Shown: positions 13,458-27,833, counted from the stretch's first letter. The stretch is 64,000 nucleotides of DNA from Octopus vulgaris (GCA_951406725.2 OX597837.1:4402001-4466000), one strand, 5' to 3'. The notes: generated from the sequence alone by a model not told the origin. Program-made: numbers and translations.

Positions 13458-13956
13458 ATACACGCACACACAGGTATGGCTGTGTGGTAAGAAGCTTGCT
13501 TCCCAACAGCATGGTCACGGGTTCAGTCCAACTGCGTGGCACTTTGCGAAAGTGTCTTCTACAATCATATCCTCAGGCCATCCAAAACCTTGTGAGCGGA
13601 TTTGGTAGACAGAAACTGGAAAAAAACCCGTCGTATGTATATATTACTGTATGTCAGTCTTTGTATCTATGTTTGTCCTCTCACCGTTGCTTAACAACAG
13701 GCGTTGCTGTGTTTATGTCCCAGTAAACTAGCGGTTCGGCAAAAGGACCAACATAATAAATAATAGGTTTGCAAAGAATAAGTCTTGGGTCGAATTCTTT
13801 GAGTAGAAAAACCTTTAAGGCTTTAATGACAGGAAAAAAATAAAAAGTAAAAGAATATATATACGTATCTATCAATCTATCTATCTATATATATAAATAT
13901 ATATGCATACATACATACATACATACATACATACATACATACATACATACATACAT

Positions 13957-14027
<71 letters not shown>

Positions 14028-14057
14028 TTATTATTAAATAAATAATAAATAATAATA

Positions 14058-14272
14058 AAAAAAATATTCAGACAAATACATAACAAAAACACCAGGACTT
14101 ACAAACACATATAACATACAGAAAATTGCACTACTAGGCATTGCACACATCCTACGCAGAACACTTTCCATACAATAACCATCAGAGCATCACAACAAAT
14201 CACAGCACATACCTAAGGCACACAGAGCTGCGCTCGGTAGTGAAGTGAAAGCACGCTATAAAAATAAAACTA

Positions 14273-14280
<8 letters not shown>
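14058..14280 (+). mobile_element. 5'-truncated 3' end of the R4/Dong-like LINE inside (TAA)n
   Basis: Near-identical to 52760-52980 (AAATATTCAGACAAATACATAAC..AAAACTACTGAATAATAAT); (TAA)n on both sides. Confidence 0.9.
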
Positions 14281-14345
<65 letters not shown>

Positions 14346-15625
14346 GTAATAATAATAATAATGATAATAAAACTAATAATAATAGGGAGTATAACTCCAA
14401 ACTTGATTTCCGATTAAATTTAAATTTAATTGTAATTCGAATTTAATTATAGACATGAAACGTACGAAGTTTTTTTACTTATTATATATTGATTATTCAT
14501 CTTTGTAATTTTTGTGATCTAGTTATATGTTTTAAAAAATATATTTCTTTTTTTATTTATGATCTGTCACCGTTTGAATTGCTTAACAGTGGTTTTTCTC
14601 TAATTTATATATACATACATACATATATATTTGTGTGTGTGTGTGTGTGTGTGTCTGTATGTATATACGACGTGTTTACAGGCAGTGTTCTGTGTACCAG
14701 TTTCCCTCAGAAGGCATTGGTCGACTCAGGGCTGTGGTAGAAGACACCTGCCCAAGGTGGAACTGAAGCATGTCCGTGATACAGATCCCTAAAACACGTG
14801 GTTGCAACAAGCTAAAATCCCCAATTGGACTTTCACATTTTTTACTCGATCTTTGAGCAGTGCCGGAGATGAGATAAGACTCGAAACCGTAATGGTACAA
14901 TTAGATATCTGAAAAAAATCTCTTCTTTCAGTAAATATCTTCTATGGTTGGGGCATAGATATTCGCAGCAAAGAGGTATTGTTTGATAGATTTCTTCATC
15001 CTCATGCATGCATTGTTAACTCAATGCAAATACGTTTGGTCGGAAGCAATCTGGTTAAAAATCCATAAACGCTTTTGCCCTATAACTTGCATCACTAAAA
15101 TATTAAAAAAAGAATACTTCATTTTCCTTAACAGTGCATAAAACCGAGTTACTTAACAGTCAACGTTATTGGCAATATAATAGAAGACACGAACAAGTGA
15201 ATACAGTTAAAAGGAAACAGTCTCCATATATTACTGGATCAAACAAATAGCCTTTTATCACCAGGAACAGAAACAATAGAGCGAATAACATGGACTTCTC
15301 ATTTCTATAGAAATCGTCCTTTTATCCTCCGGTAAACTAATTTGTACATACATCAGGTTTTTTTTATCCCGGTATTGTTCTACAGGCAATGTCTTCCAAA
15401 AAGATTTTAATTAATAAAAAATAAAGAGAAACAAAAACGTAAAGCAGAAATTTCCGCATTTTTTTTGTTCATCATTAATTTTTATTTTATATATAACGAA
15501 ACAAGAAAAATAATCGCTGATTTTAATCTAAACGTAATGGCGGTAATCTGGAAGAATAGTTTGATCATTGGATAACCTGACTTGCGGTATTTAGTTACGA
15601 AACATTCATTTCAGGTTTCGAATCC

Positions 15626-16059
15626 GGATCTTTTCGGTTTGAACGGCAGTTTTTTCTAGCGTTGTCATATTAAATTGTCACCCATAATTATGACCCTAGA
15701 ATCGATCTATTACATTTCAATCTGTTTTAGGGTTAGCGTTAGTTAGGGTTAGGGTTAGGGGTGGGGGTATGGTATAAGTTTTTCTTCACAAATGTAAATA
15801 AACCCAATCTGTTTCTTAAACGAGGGACATATTCATACGGCACAGAATGCTTTTTAACTCAACAGACGTCACTGATTGGTTGAAATTGCAGAAATTGAAG
15901 AAAAAACAACAACAAATATCTTTCAAACTATAGAATTTTCTCAATAAAGCCAAGAGAAAAAGATGTTTTATAAACACATTCTACCAGTATACGAAGTTTA
16001 AAAGTGTTTAGTTACGTGGAAGTTATTTTAAAAAACTGCCGTTTAAACCGAAAAGATCC
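15626..16059. mobile_element. MITE with 29-bp TIR GGATCTTTTCGGTTTGAACGGCAGTTTTT (Merlin-like), inserted in a decayed SINE B
   Basis: TIRs at both ends; degenerate 8-bp TSD tcgaatcc/acaaatcc; internal TTAGGG repeats. Confidence 0.85.
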
Positions 16060-16951
16060 ACAAATCCTGTCGGGATTAGTTTTGCTTGCGTTCGTTCTGG
16101 GGTCAAGCTTACTGATCAAGAAACATCAGTAAAATAAAGTCTGTTGATTGATTCTAGCCACTACATCCTCCTCCACCGAACCCATGGCTGTGTGGTTGAG
16201 AAGCTTGTTTTGAAACCCCGTGGGATCGTGTTCAATCCCATTGCGCGTCACTTTGGGTAAAGTGTCTTGTACAATAGCCCCTGATCGACTATAGCCTTGG
16301 GGGCGAGTTTGGTTGACGTAAATATGTATTTGGGTTGACGTTATGTATGTATTTGGGTATGTATGAATGTATTTATGTATGCATGTATGTATTTATATTA
16401 TGTATGTATGTATGCATTTATGTATACATGAATGTATGTATGTATGTATGTATGTATGTATGTGTGCGTACATTTGAGTGTTTTTGTGTATGTCCGCTAA
16501 ACCGGTGTTAGTTTATGCCCCCGTAGTCTAGCGGTTCGGCAAAAGATACTGATGGATTCAGTATCATATTTACATAACTATACATACTGGAAGGTATTTG
16601 TTTGACTAAACCCTCCAAGGCGATGCTACGGGATGGCATCAGTCCAGTGAGTGGAACAAGTAAAATGTAAACGATTCCATCATACTTGCAGAATAGGGGA
16701 AAAGGTGGTGCAAAAAGCTTTACAAACTAACGTTACATGACATTTGATCTGCTTCCTTCTGAGTTCAAATCCTACCGAAGATGCACTTTACTGTTCAGCT
16801 TTTGTAAGGTGAAGATGGAAAAAGTTTTGTAGAAGGCAATGCTTCCTGTAGTGCGGTAGGAACCCTGGACCACTTTGTTATGAAGTGATTGTGAAACCAC
16901 ACTCAATCTCACCTTCGTCTGTTACTTACTACACACACACACACACACATA

Positions 16952-17017
<66 letters not shown>

Positions 17018-17018
<1 letters not shown>

Positions 17019-17245
17019 TGTTGTATTTAGGAATGGTCATTTCGCCAGTTTAACCAATAAAAACACACGCAGTATATATTTGGTGTTACTTTGCTTCAGC
17101 ATTATTTATTTTTTTACATTAATCTTAATCTTATTTCGGCCAGAGTTCTTTCATCACACTCCCGTGACCGCATCAGTGGTCCTTTGCTTTCTTCTTTCTT
17201 ATTTGTGTGTCTCTCCTTACTAACCGTCAACCATTTAGTATTTCT
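17018..17245. mobile_element. Family D element fragment between TA-repeat tracts
   Basis: Similar to 3889-4110, including the decayed hammerhead-like motif on the minus strand. Confidence 0.75.
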
Positions 17246-17297
17246 CTCTCTATATATATATGTGTGTGTGCGTGTGTGTGTGTATGTATATATACAA

Positions 17298-17375
<78 letters not shown>

Positions 17376-17655
17376 GTGTTTTTTTTTGTCTTTATGTCTG
17401 AATTTCTCCCCACTTCACCGCTAGACAGCTGATCGTGGTGTGGTTTCCATCTCCGTTACTTAGCAGTTCGGCAAAAAGTACCACTTTAAGAATAGTACAA
17501 GGGTTCGATCATTCGTCTAAACTTTCTTCGTGCCGGTGCCCAAGTATGGACGCAATCTAATGACTGATGCAAGTAACAGACACAAAATAAAAAATTGTTA
17601 CATACTTCTACACTATTTGTCTCTGTTTCGAAAACTTTAATGTAGATTTAATGTA

Positions 17656-18095
17656 GGCGCAGGAGTGGCTGTGTGGTAATTAGCTTGTTTACCAACCACA
17701 TGGTTCCGGGTTCAGTCCCACTGCGTGGCACCCTGGGCAAGTGACTTCTACTGTAGCCTCGGGCCGACCGTAGCCTTGTGAGTAGATTTGGTAGACGGAA
17801 ACTGAAAGAAGCCCGTCCTATATATGTATTTATATATATATATATATGTGTGTGTGTGTATGTGCGTGTGTGTTTGTGTGTTTGTGTTTGTCCCCCTAGC
17901 ATTGCTTGACAACCGATGCTGGTGTGTTTACGTCCCCGTAACTTAGCGGTTCGGCAAAAGAGACCGATAGAATAAGTACTGGGCTTACAAAAAGAATAAG
18001 TCCCGGGGTCGAGTTGCTCGACTAAAAAGGCGGTGCTCCAGCACGGCCGCAGTCAAAATGACTGAAACAAGTAAAAGAGAGAAAAAAGAGAAAGA
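17656..18095 (+). mobile_element. SINE family A, full length
   Basis: Matches the family A consensus from head to tail. Confidence 0.92.
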
Positions 18096-18910
18096 GATTA
18101 ATCATATAATAATTAACCCATTCCACCCTTTTACCCCCCCCCCCTGTCTTGTCTTGGGTATCATGTTACATTCATAACGATATATTCATTCTGTTGTTGA
18201 TAATTCATTAAGTCGTTCTGTTTTGATACGATTTATGACATTGATATCACACTTCATTATGTATTAGACGGGAATTGGTTTATACGTAGCCAGTGTCTAA
18301 TCGCACTGGTTAGTGATTTAGTGTTTGTAGCGGAAATATCGATCAGGTTTGATCAGGGACTGGGGAAAAAGAAGAGAAAAGGAGGCGAAGAAGGAGGAAG
18401 AGAAGAAGAAAAAGGAGAAAATGAAGTAGAAGAAGAGGAAGAAGGCCACTACTAATGATGATGATTTCAAATTTTGCCAAAATTCCAGCAGTTTTGGGGG
18501 AAGGGGACTAGTCGATTACATCGAACCCAGTACATAACTGGTACTTAATTTATCGATTCCGAAAGGATGAAAGACAAAGTTGACTTAGGTGGAAATTGAA
18601 CTCAGAATGTAATAGCGCTAAGCATTTTGCCCGGGTGTGTTAACGATTCTGCCAACTCTCCGGCTTAACAACAACAGCAACAACAACAACAACAACAATA
18701 ATAATAACAATACTTTCTACTATAGGCACAAACTTTAATTTTTGGGGGGATAATCAATTCCATCGACCCCAGTGTTTTACTGGTACTTAATTTATCGACC
18801 CCCGAAAGGATGAAAGGTAAAGTCGACTTCGGCGGAATTTGAACTCACAACAGGCGAAATACCGCTATGCATTTCGTCCGCTATGCATTTCGTTTTAACG
18901 ATGCTGCTGG

Positions 18911-19412
18911 AAGAAGAAGAAGAAGAAGAAGAAGAAGAGGAGGAGGAGGAGGAGGAGGAAGAGGAGGAGGAAGAAGAAGATAATGAATAGAAGAAGAAGA
19001 AGAAGAAGAAGAAGAAGATGATGATGATGATGAATAGAAGAAGAAGAAGAAGAAGAAGAAGAAGAAGAAGAAGAAGAAGAAGAAGAAGAAGAAGAAGAAG
19101 CAGAAGAAGAAGAAGCAGAAGAAGAAGAAGAAGAAGAAGAAGAAGAAGAAGAAGAAGAAGAAGAAGAAGAAGAAGAAGAATAAGAAGAAGAAGAAGAATA
19201 GAAGAAGAAGAAAAAGAAGAAGAAGAAGAAGAAGAAGAATAGAAGAAGAAGAAGGAGAAGAATAGAAGAAGAAGAAGAAGGAGAAGAAGAAGGAGAAGAA
19301 GAAGAAGGAGAAGAAGAAGAAGAAAGAGGAGGAGGAGGAGGAGAAGAAGAAGAAGAAGAAGAAGAAGAAGAAGAAGAAGAAGAAGAAGAAGAAGAGCAAG
19401 AAGAAGAAGAAC
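18911..19412. repeat. ~500-bp (GAA)n/(GGA)n polypurine microsatellite
   Basis: Directly visible; source of the poly-F/poly-R ORFs. Confidence 0.97.
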
Positions 19413-19974
19413 AGCAACAGCAATTCTCCTATCGTCACTCTTAACGCTAGAAAAAGCAACACAGATTCACTTAAAACCAGTGAAAATGTTTTAAAAACGT
19501 ATTTGTCAGAATAGATAAATAATATGGATCTGATATACTTAAAAATTCGAGAGTGCCATTGTTGGTACATTTAAAATATTTTTTTTTAAATTTATGTTTA
19601 CTTGTTAGTCAGGAGGAAGGAGCTGTGATCCATGACTTTTGCTTGCCCTGAAGGACAGGTGAAGTTGAGGCTGTCAACGTTCCATTTCAACAACTGCTAA
19701 GTCAATTCTACTATGAAATACTGAAGGAAATAGAATATGTTAGTGAGATCAAACAAGTTTTCTAGCTGGTAGAATCGTTAGCTAGTCGGACAAAACGCTT
19801 AGCGGCATTTCGTCCGTCTTTATGTTCTGAGTTCAAATTCTGCCAAGGTTGACTCTGTTTCTTTTTTATCCTTTCGGAGTTGGTGACATAATTACCAGTG
19901 AAATACAGGGATCATGTAACCTGCCTAGCCCCTCCTCGGAAATTGCTGGCCTAATGCCAGAATTTGAAATTTGT

Positions 19975-20620
19975 GTTCCAGTGGATAATGTTGAACAGAT
20001 GAAGGATTGTGTGTGTTAGTTCGGGTGGGGGAAATGGGGATTGAATACGAACAACGGGCAACGAGAAGTGGAGAGCCGAGTCGAAAGGGTCAAAAGTATC
20101 TGAATGGAGAATGTACGCATTTAGCCAACCCCAAGGAAATGGGGCCTCTATAAAGGATAGAGCACGTTTGTGGGTCAGAGAGTTGAGCGTTGAGCTTAAC
20201 TGCGATAAATTGAAGGCCAGTCGGTTGAGGAGCTCTTCTTTGGATGTGGTCGAGGTTGTCTGTGTGAGTAGCAGAAGTACTCTCTCATATATAGGAGCAA
20301 TATGCCATTGTGGTTCTCTTTTGAGCTATGAAGAGTGTGAGCATTTGTTGAGAGATGAAGAACTGGTCTTTGGAATTTGGTCCTAGCTCTGATAAAGATG
20401 TTCTTTCGCCAAGAGACATCCTCGGTGATTGTGTGCGACCTAGCATTTAGAGCTATTTCTGGAATCTAACTGAGTGCTGGTGATGTTTAAGGGATAAGTA
20501 TGAGATTATTTTTGTTATGAAGAGTGTTGGAGGATTTTTGCTGTTAAAAAAGATAACACTAAAGGATGCTATCGTGGTCTCCATTCATAGAATCGGTGCA
20601 GATTTATATACATACATATA
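19975..20620 (-). pseudogene. Highly decayed LINE reverse-transcriptase C-terminal region (Jockey/CR1-group-like)
   Basis: Frameshifted minus-strand peptides EDVSWRKNI, DNLDHIQRRA and LNSLTHKRAL resemble the LSW..HI, L..IQRRA and L..L..RR motifs of LINE ORF2 ends. Confidence 0.5.
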
Positions 20621-22944
20621 TACAAACATGACTGCTGACCTTTTGGGTCTAGCAGCCGTAGTGGTAACACCAACATTTTTTCTCTGCTCCAAGGCACATT
20701 CCTAACACGCCAGCTGAGCTTAATCCGTCCTAGTCGAAAGACGCCTGTTCGTGATGTCCTGTTATTGTTATTAATATTATTATTATTGTTCTTACGTATT
20801 ATTATTATTGTTTTTACGTATTATTTTTGTATTCATATTCGTGTAATATCGTCCGTTTTTCTGTCCTTGTTTTGTATACATCCGAAGCTTTCTTCCAAGG
20901 AATCTAATGCGCTTAGCTTAGTTTTTCCTTGGGGCTGGCCAGATTGGAGCAATCTCAAGATTAATCAGCCGAAATTGCGAGGATGATCCGGTTCTTGACT
21001 GAAGATTGAAGGCTTCGAATGTCCCGTTCGTGTTTTTTGCGTCGTCATCAAAATGTTTTGCGTTCTTGTCCCAGTTTGTATTTTTTATACATATATATAT
21101 GTATATGTATATAAATACTTATAAAAGAACGAGGGAGAAGGGAGGGAGAGAGAGTGCGTGATAGAGAGGGGGAGAGAGTGAAAGTGTTAGAATAATATTT
21201 TTGTAATAATCATTTGACTCTGCGTTATGAGCAATTCTCATAAAAGTTGGTTGTCCTATAAATGTACAAATATCATAAATTCCTTTCATAATATATTCGG
21301 TAATAATTAGTGTAATGTTAGGTGATATATCTGTTTCTTAATCTGTTGGTCATACATTTTACGATAGCTTTTCAGCCACTTTCAAAACTACTCTGAGAAT
21401 ATTTATATAGGCTGCTACATAACTGAGAAGCTATTCAAATTTAAATTGCTTAATTCTAAATCACAAACATATCTGTATTGCTGACAGGAAAGCCCTCGTA
21501 CTTTGAAAACTTTGATATTGCAGCACAAATGAAAAAGATCTTCAAGATGTTATGAAGATTATTTCATTGGCATTTATCACATTAGGTCTCACAACAATTA
21601 TTCATAAATCGTCGTAATAATCCATCGTAAAGTTATTACTCTTTATCGGTATCGCGTGGGTTCTACAATGAAGTTGCGCGACATAACTTGAAGAATTTCT
21701 CTCTTGACGACGAAATTGCAAAAACAAAAATTCAAAAGTTGTGGACCTCTTTTAGATAATTACAGTCTTGCACTACGATTTCAACAATATATGGAGAAAT
21801 AATATTAAAACATCCATTTTCAAAACATTTATTTTGTCTGTTTTGTTGTCTTTCCAAAAAACATCAAAATAATATTTGAAATATATTAATCAGTCGGAGC
21901 GTTTGCAGCCAAAAATATTTCCGTAATAATTCATGAGATGCTCACGAAACAGCTGGCAATCCAAACAATAATGTATTTATTTATTATTAATACGCTTTGC
22001 TAGATTCCAACTAGACGTCTGAAAGCCATTGTTTTCCTTCATTGGAGAATACCTCTTCGTTTTAGATGACGTGTGTTCATAACACACGTGATTCACGGGT
22101 ATAAAGGGGATTTTAGGATATTGCAATGTTTTCATCCGATAATGTTTCGTTAGTCAAAGTTACGCTACCGGACCGAGGGATCTAACAAGATTACAGCTCC
22201 TTTTTATATAGAAACCAGCAAACAAGCTGTTTTGTGTTTCGTTAGTCAAAGTTATGCTACCGGACCGATGGATCTAACATTGTAAGATTACAAGCTCCTT
22301 TTTTATATAGAAACCAGCAAACAAGCTATTTGTGGATACGTGCTGATGTCTGCTAAACAGATGATAATTCCTGAGATACATGTAGAACAACTATAATTCA
22401 AATAATAACGTATCTTATTCTTTCTTAATACATATGTTTACTGTCAGAAATAGTTCAACGTTTCTGACTTGCTCATGTAGTCTCTTCAAGATATATGCAA
22501 AATTTATTCGAACGTGAATATTTGACTGCCGTTGTTTTACGTCATCGGACAACGCCTACTCCATTTAGACGGCGTGTGTTCATAACAGATGTGAATAAGA
22601 ATAGGCAAGTTATTATGGTCAATAAATTTTTCATATATCTTGAAGACACGCTATGAATGAGTCAGGAATGTTGAACTATTGTCAGTAAATGTATGCATAC
22701 AAGATTTCTTGCAACGTAGAAGAGCGAGGTAGAGCAGCTCATGTAGTTCACAAAGAAGATATACGAATTCTAAAGCAGCTACTCTATAGGGGACTAACTT
22801 CTAGACAAAGACTTCCTTGCAGAACGAAGTTACATACAAAGATAGCCTTAGATATGATGACAAAGAGAAGCAATATTCATGTGAACATTTGGGAAATTAT
22901 TGATAGGGTCCTTGATAGATCGTTAGCTACTACACACATTTTTT

Positions 22945-23094
22945 CTCTCCTTGTTTTTTTTCTGTGTATCTGGCGAAGAGCGTAGGCTCGAAACGTTAAA
23001 GACTTTTTCTATTCCTGAGCGTTATACTAATACATTTGTTTGTTTGTACACCACCTGCCTTCGTCTTTTGTTTATTTTCGTAAACTTTCCCTTC

Positions 23095-23097
<3 letters not shown>
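22945..23097 (+). mobile_element. Family E fragment with hammerhead-like motif
   Basis: CTGGCGA A GAGC gtag GCTC GAAA CG TT aaagac at ~22970-23003; ends at (TA)n. Confidence 0.6.
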
Positions 23098-23176
<79 letters not shown>

Positions 23177-24442
23177 TATATCACCGTGAAGCCAACCCGC
23201 TGGCTAAGCGAGTAGGCCAACAGAAGAAAGAGTGTTCAACTTGTAGCCAAGTGCTTAGTTTAACTAAGACTGGTCATGCGTGCTATTTGAGGATACAGGA
23301 ACTAAAGCAAAATATAAAGTTAAATCTTTGCAAACTGAAACAGCAAATGTCTGTGAATCATATAATAAAGGTTTTGTTATTTTAGGTCGAAAAGACATAT
23401 GTCAGTACACAATGTGATAAGTAACCATTGTAGATTCTATTTAATTGAGCAGAAACATTTATGCGATATTCGTGGTATCAAAAAAGATGGAGCATTTCCT
23501 GCCAAAACAGCGTCTTAAAAATCAAATGCAATCAAATACATAACCGACAATGCTGTCCTAGAAAAAAGGGGGAAAATCTAGTTCAAACATAGGATCAGCC
23601 CTGACAAAACACCAGCTGCGATGGTTAGGGCATGGTGGTTAAAATGAAAGGAGATAGATTTCCTTGTTAAATACTTTTCGGCGATTAAGCCGCCGAGAAG
23701 AGATCGATCGCGAGAATGTCCTTTCCATCATTGCTAAAAAAACTGCTAAACTCAACCGTCAAAATCGTTAGAGTTGAGGCAAAACGTCAGAAATTGAAGC
23801 CCCAAAGTGCTTGAATTGCATAATAGAGGTTTTTCTCTAATTTGTATATTTTATATATTTATATTGTGAAATTTGATTCAATACTAAATTGAATTTTTCC
23901 CTATACGTTTGGAGTTATACTTCCTAATATTATCATTATACATACATACATATATATATATACCAGAGTAAACACATAAATGCGAAACAAGGTTGAAAAT
24001 AAGTACTCGAATACCAGAGATAGAGTAATATGCTTTGTTAAAAAGCAGCAAAAGTATCACAAAACTGTTACTCAGAGTTTCCCGTTCCCGTTCCCGTTCG
24101 TCGGAAGTTTTGCTTACGATGCAGCAAGATATAGTTATAAGCAGAGATACAACTACTTTGGTAGATTCACATTTGAAAATGGCTTTGTTTCGTTGGGCCT
24201 TTCGACTAACCGTCTTTTCAATAACCGATTGCATGAAATAACAATTGCAGTTTAAAATCATATTATTATCAAAATCGAAGAAAACCTTAAATCAAAAATA
24301 GCTTATGAAAATGTAAAAAGGCATAAATACCTAGAGTAAATAATTATTTGTAAAAATAATTTAAAAAATGATAAATCAAAAGATATACCGTTTAAAAGAA
24401 GTTTCATACTAAAATACATATACATTTAGCAATATATACATA

Positions 24443-24857
24443 AGCGTAGGAGTGACTGTGTGGTAAGCAGCTTGCTTGCCAACCACATGGTTCCGGGTTC
24501 AGTCGCATTGCGTGGCACCTTGGGAAAGTGTCTTCTACTATAGCCTCGGGCCGACCAGAGCCTTGTGAGTGGATTTTGTAGACGGAAACTGAAAGAAGCC
24601 CGTCGTATATATGTATATATGTATGTGTATGTGTATATGTTTGTGTGTCTGTGCTTGTCTCCCCAACATCGCTTGACAACCGATGCTGCTGTGTTTACAT
24701 CACTGTAACTTAGCGGTTCGGCAAAAGAGACCGATAGAATAAGTACTAGGCTTACAAAGAATAAGTCCTGGGATCGATTTGTTCGACTAATGGCTGTGCG
24801 CCAGCATGGCCACAGTCAAATGACTGAAACAAGTAAAAGAGTAAAAGAGTAAAGAGT
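24443..24857 (+). mobile_element. SINE family A
   Basis: Family A consensus with (AAAGAGT)n tail. Confidence 0.9.
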
Positions 24858-25681
24858 ATACCAGACAATCTATAATATATGTATATACACTAAACATACA
24901 CTAAACATGTGCGTGCATACACCTATATGCATTTGTATGTATTTATTCTTTGCCTATATATGTCTGCATATGTATGTAGCCATGTACCTACGTCTGTATG
25001 ATTATTGAATATACGTATATTATAGATTGCCTGGTATGTGTATGCATTGCTAAATATATATGTGTTTTAGCATGAAAGATTTTTAAACGGATATATGTTT
25101 TAATTTATTAATGTATTATTATTTTTATAACTAATTATTTACCCTGGGTATACACACTTGCAGGATCACCAGGAGAATTCACATAATGAACCTTGCAAAC
25201 CAGATACAAAACGAAATAATTTCGTTATCTACAGGGAGTCGTTACGCCAATATTATTGACAAACGCATTAGAACAATTCCGCATCCTACTAATTAATCGA
25301 TAGTTTGTTTAACTTGGTTAAACAATAAGTCATTTGTTTTGTTTTTGTATCTTTCAGATGGATATTTAACTAACTGACTAATAATAAATGGGTGGAATAG
25401 ACCCAGTACGTATGGTAATAATATTGGCATAATAATTCTCCCTGGCCACAACAAAATTTGTTTCAGCAGACGAATTCACATAAAGAATTTTGGAAACTAG
25501 AAGGCAAGATCAACAAAAAAGTATTCCATCCATGGAGAGATAAGACTTCGAGCCCTGACGATTGCTTTAAGACGTAAGGCGTATTATAGAAACCTGCCTA
25601 GACACATGTTTCCACGGAAAAAAGCTATTTGTAGCCCCTATGTTTGTAAAATGCACACTGAGGATGCGCACGTGTGTATGT

Positions 25682-25738
<57 letters not shown>

Positions 25739-25976
25739 TAAAATATAAAATATATATATATAAATAGATGAGTGTATTTTTACCTTGTTAACAATTAACA
25801 CGGAAAAAATAAATAAATAGTTACCAGGGTAGCAAAAATATCACAAGTAAAGAGGTTGTAGCTCCTTGTTTATAAAGGTAGAAACTTCGTGTTTACGTGG
25901 AATTTTTTGTATAATATATGAATAAATAAATGGAGTTTATATTTGATTTATACCTGCGTTAAACTCCATTTGTTTA

Positions 25977-26029
<53 letters not shown>

Positions 26030-26032
<3 letters not shown>

Positions 26033-26590
26033 AGATAAATAAAAATATATGCATACATACAAACATATATGTACGTACCTACATCTACATGTATATATAC
26101 ATGCATATATAAATAATTATACGGGAGTACAGGACATCACAAAAAGACGTAGAAACGGAAAAAGCCAAAAAACAAAAAACAAGAAAACGGAAAACGAAAA
26201 ACATGAAAACGAAAAACAAATACAGGACGAGCTACACAAGGACAAAACCCCCGTCATCAGCTGTCGCTAGAGGAGTCAGGCATGTTTCGAAGGCATAACA
26301 GAACACTAATCCAATAGGCCTTCCTGCGAGAGAATTAAAATAAAATTCCAAGCAGCGGGGCAAAATAAGTACGAACACAAACAAGACGTAACAATAAGAC
26401 TGCAAAATTAAAATACATGTACAAAAACAAACACAAGAGGACGAACGAAAAAGCCTTTTTTCTGGCATAGACAAACGATAAAACTGCAAAAATAAAAATA
26501 CATGTACAAAAAGTACAATTAGTTACAAAACGAGAAAATAACAAGAATACTATATATATATACATACGTTCGTACATCAATATATGTACA
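26030..26590 (-). mobile_element. Diverged relative of the 4358-5290 element, between (TA)n tracts
   Basis: CATATATGTACGTACCTACATCTACATGTA is the reverse complement of the 83-bp repeat; both share CCTTCGAAAC..TAGCGAC..CTGA[AT]GA. Confidence 0.55.
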
Positions 26591-26594
26591 TGTA

Positions 26595-26652
<58 letters not shown>

Positions 26653-26810
26653 TATATTGAGGGTACTACTATTCGTAGATAGTAGTACCCTCAATATAAT
26701 ATAAATGAATATTTTCAAAGAGGAAGAATTTACGGATTTTTTTCTCTTACGAGGTTTTTCACGCTGACTACTGATAATTTCTTTTAAAGATTTTATCCTC
26801 AATTGTTAAA

Positions 26811-26902
<92 letters not shown>

Positions 26903-27242
26903 TTATATGTAGCCTGGATTATATGTGTACGAATATGTATGTGAAACGTGACACACACACAGACACACACACACACACATATATATACATATATATATAT
27001 ATATATGTGTTATGTTATACATATATATATATATATATGAGTGTGTGGCTGTGTGTGAGTGTGTGTATTTCACACTTAATCGCCCTTCACAAAACGTTCA
27101 AAAATTCGCAAGGGTTAACTAATTTTAAGTGTAAACACAGACACGAATACAGACACGGACAAACACACATGAACACATATACACTCTCAAACGCACACGC
27201 ATACATACATACATACATACATACATACATACATACATACAT

Positions 27243-27275
<33 letters not shown>

Positions 27276-27772
27276 GTGTGATTAGCAATACTGGCGTGAA
27301 CTGAAATGATTGAATGAGTGATCAAATGACAGAAATATCGATTCCACTGTAGAACAACCTTATAGCGGAAACCATTAACTTTGGTATAGTGTGTTGTGTG
27401 TATGTGTGTGTGATAGAGAGAGAGTGAGAGAGAGACTCTTTGTTTGTGTGTATATGGTTAAGTGATAGGATTTTGTTTGCGATGGCGAATGGAAAGAAGT
27501 TTAGCTATAGTGACCAGAAGAAATAATGATTTTAAGGGGAGGAATTTAAACGCGGGATAAAGTAATTGAATTCCTGTTATTTCGGAAATCGAATCTATAG
27601 ACTTTGGTGAAGTGAAAAGAGCGACTGAATGTTGCAAAAGATCTAAGAATGTAACAATGCCTCGGTGAACAATATGTACGTAACGAACATAACTTATTGG
27701 CAACTAAAACTTTCAACTTTGATTGGTAATCTCGCCTCTATCTCTCTCCCCCTATATCTATCTACTTATCTG

Positions 27773-27833
<61 letters not shown>

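Noticed and set aside
15727-15766. True telomere or chromosome-fusion site
   Set aside because: Only a few TTAGGG units, internal to a MITE present three times
23690-24260. Promoter or first exon in a CpG-richer patch
   Set aside because: Only generic short motifs and no linked gene
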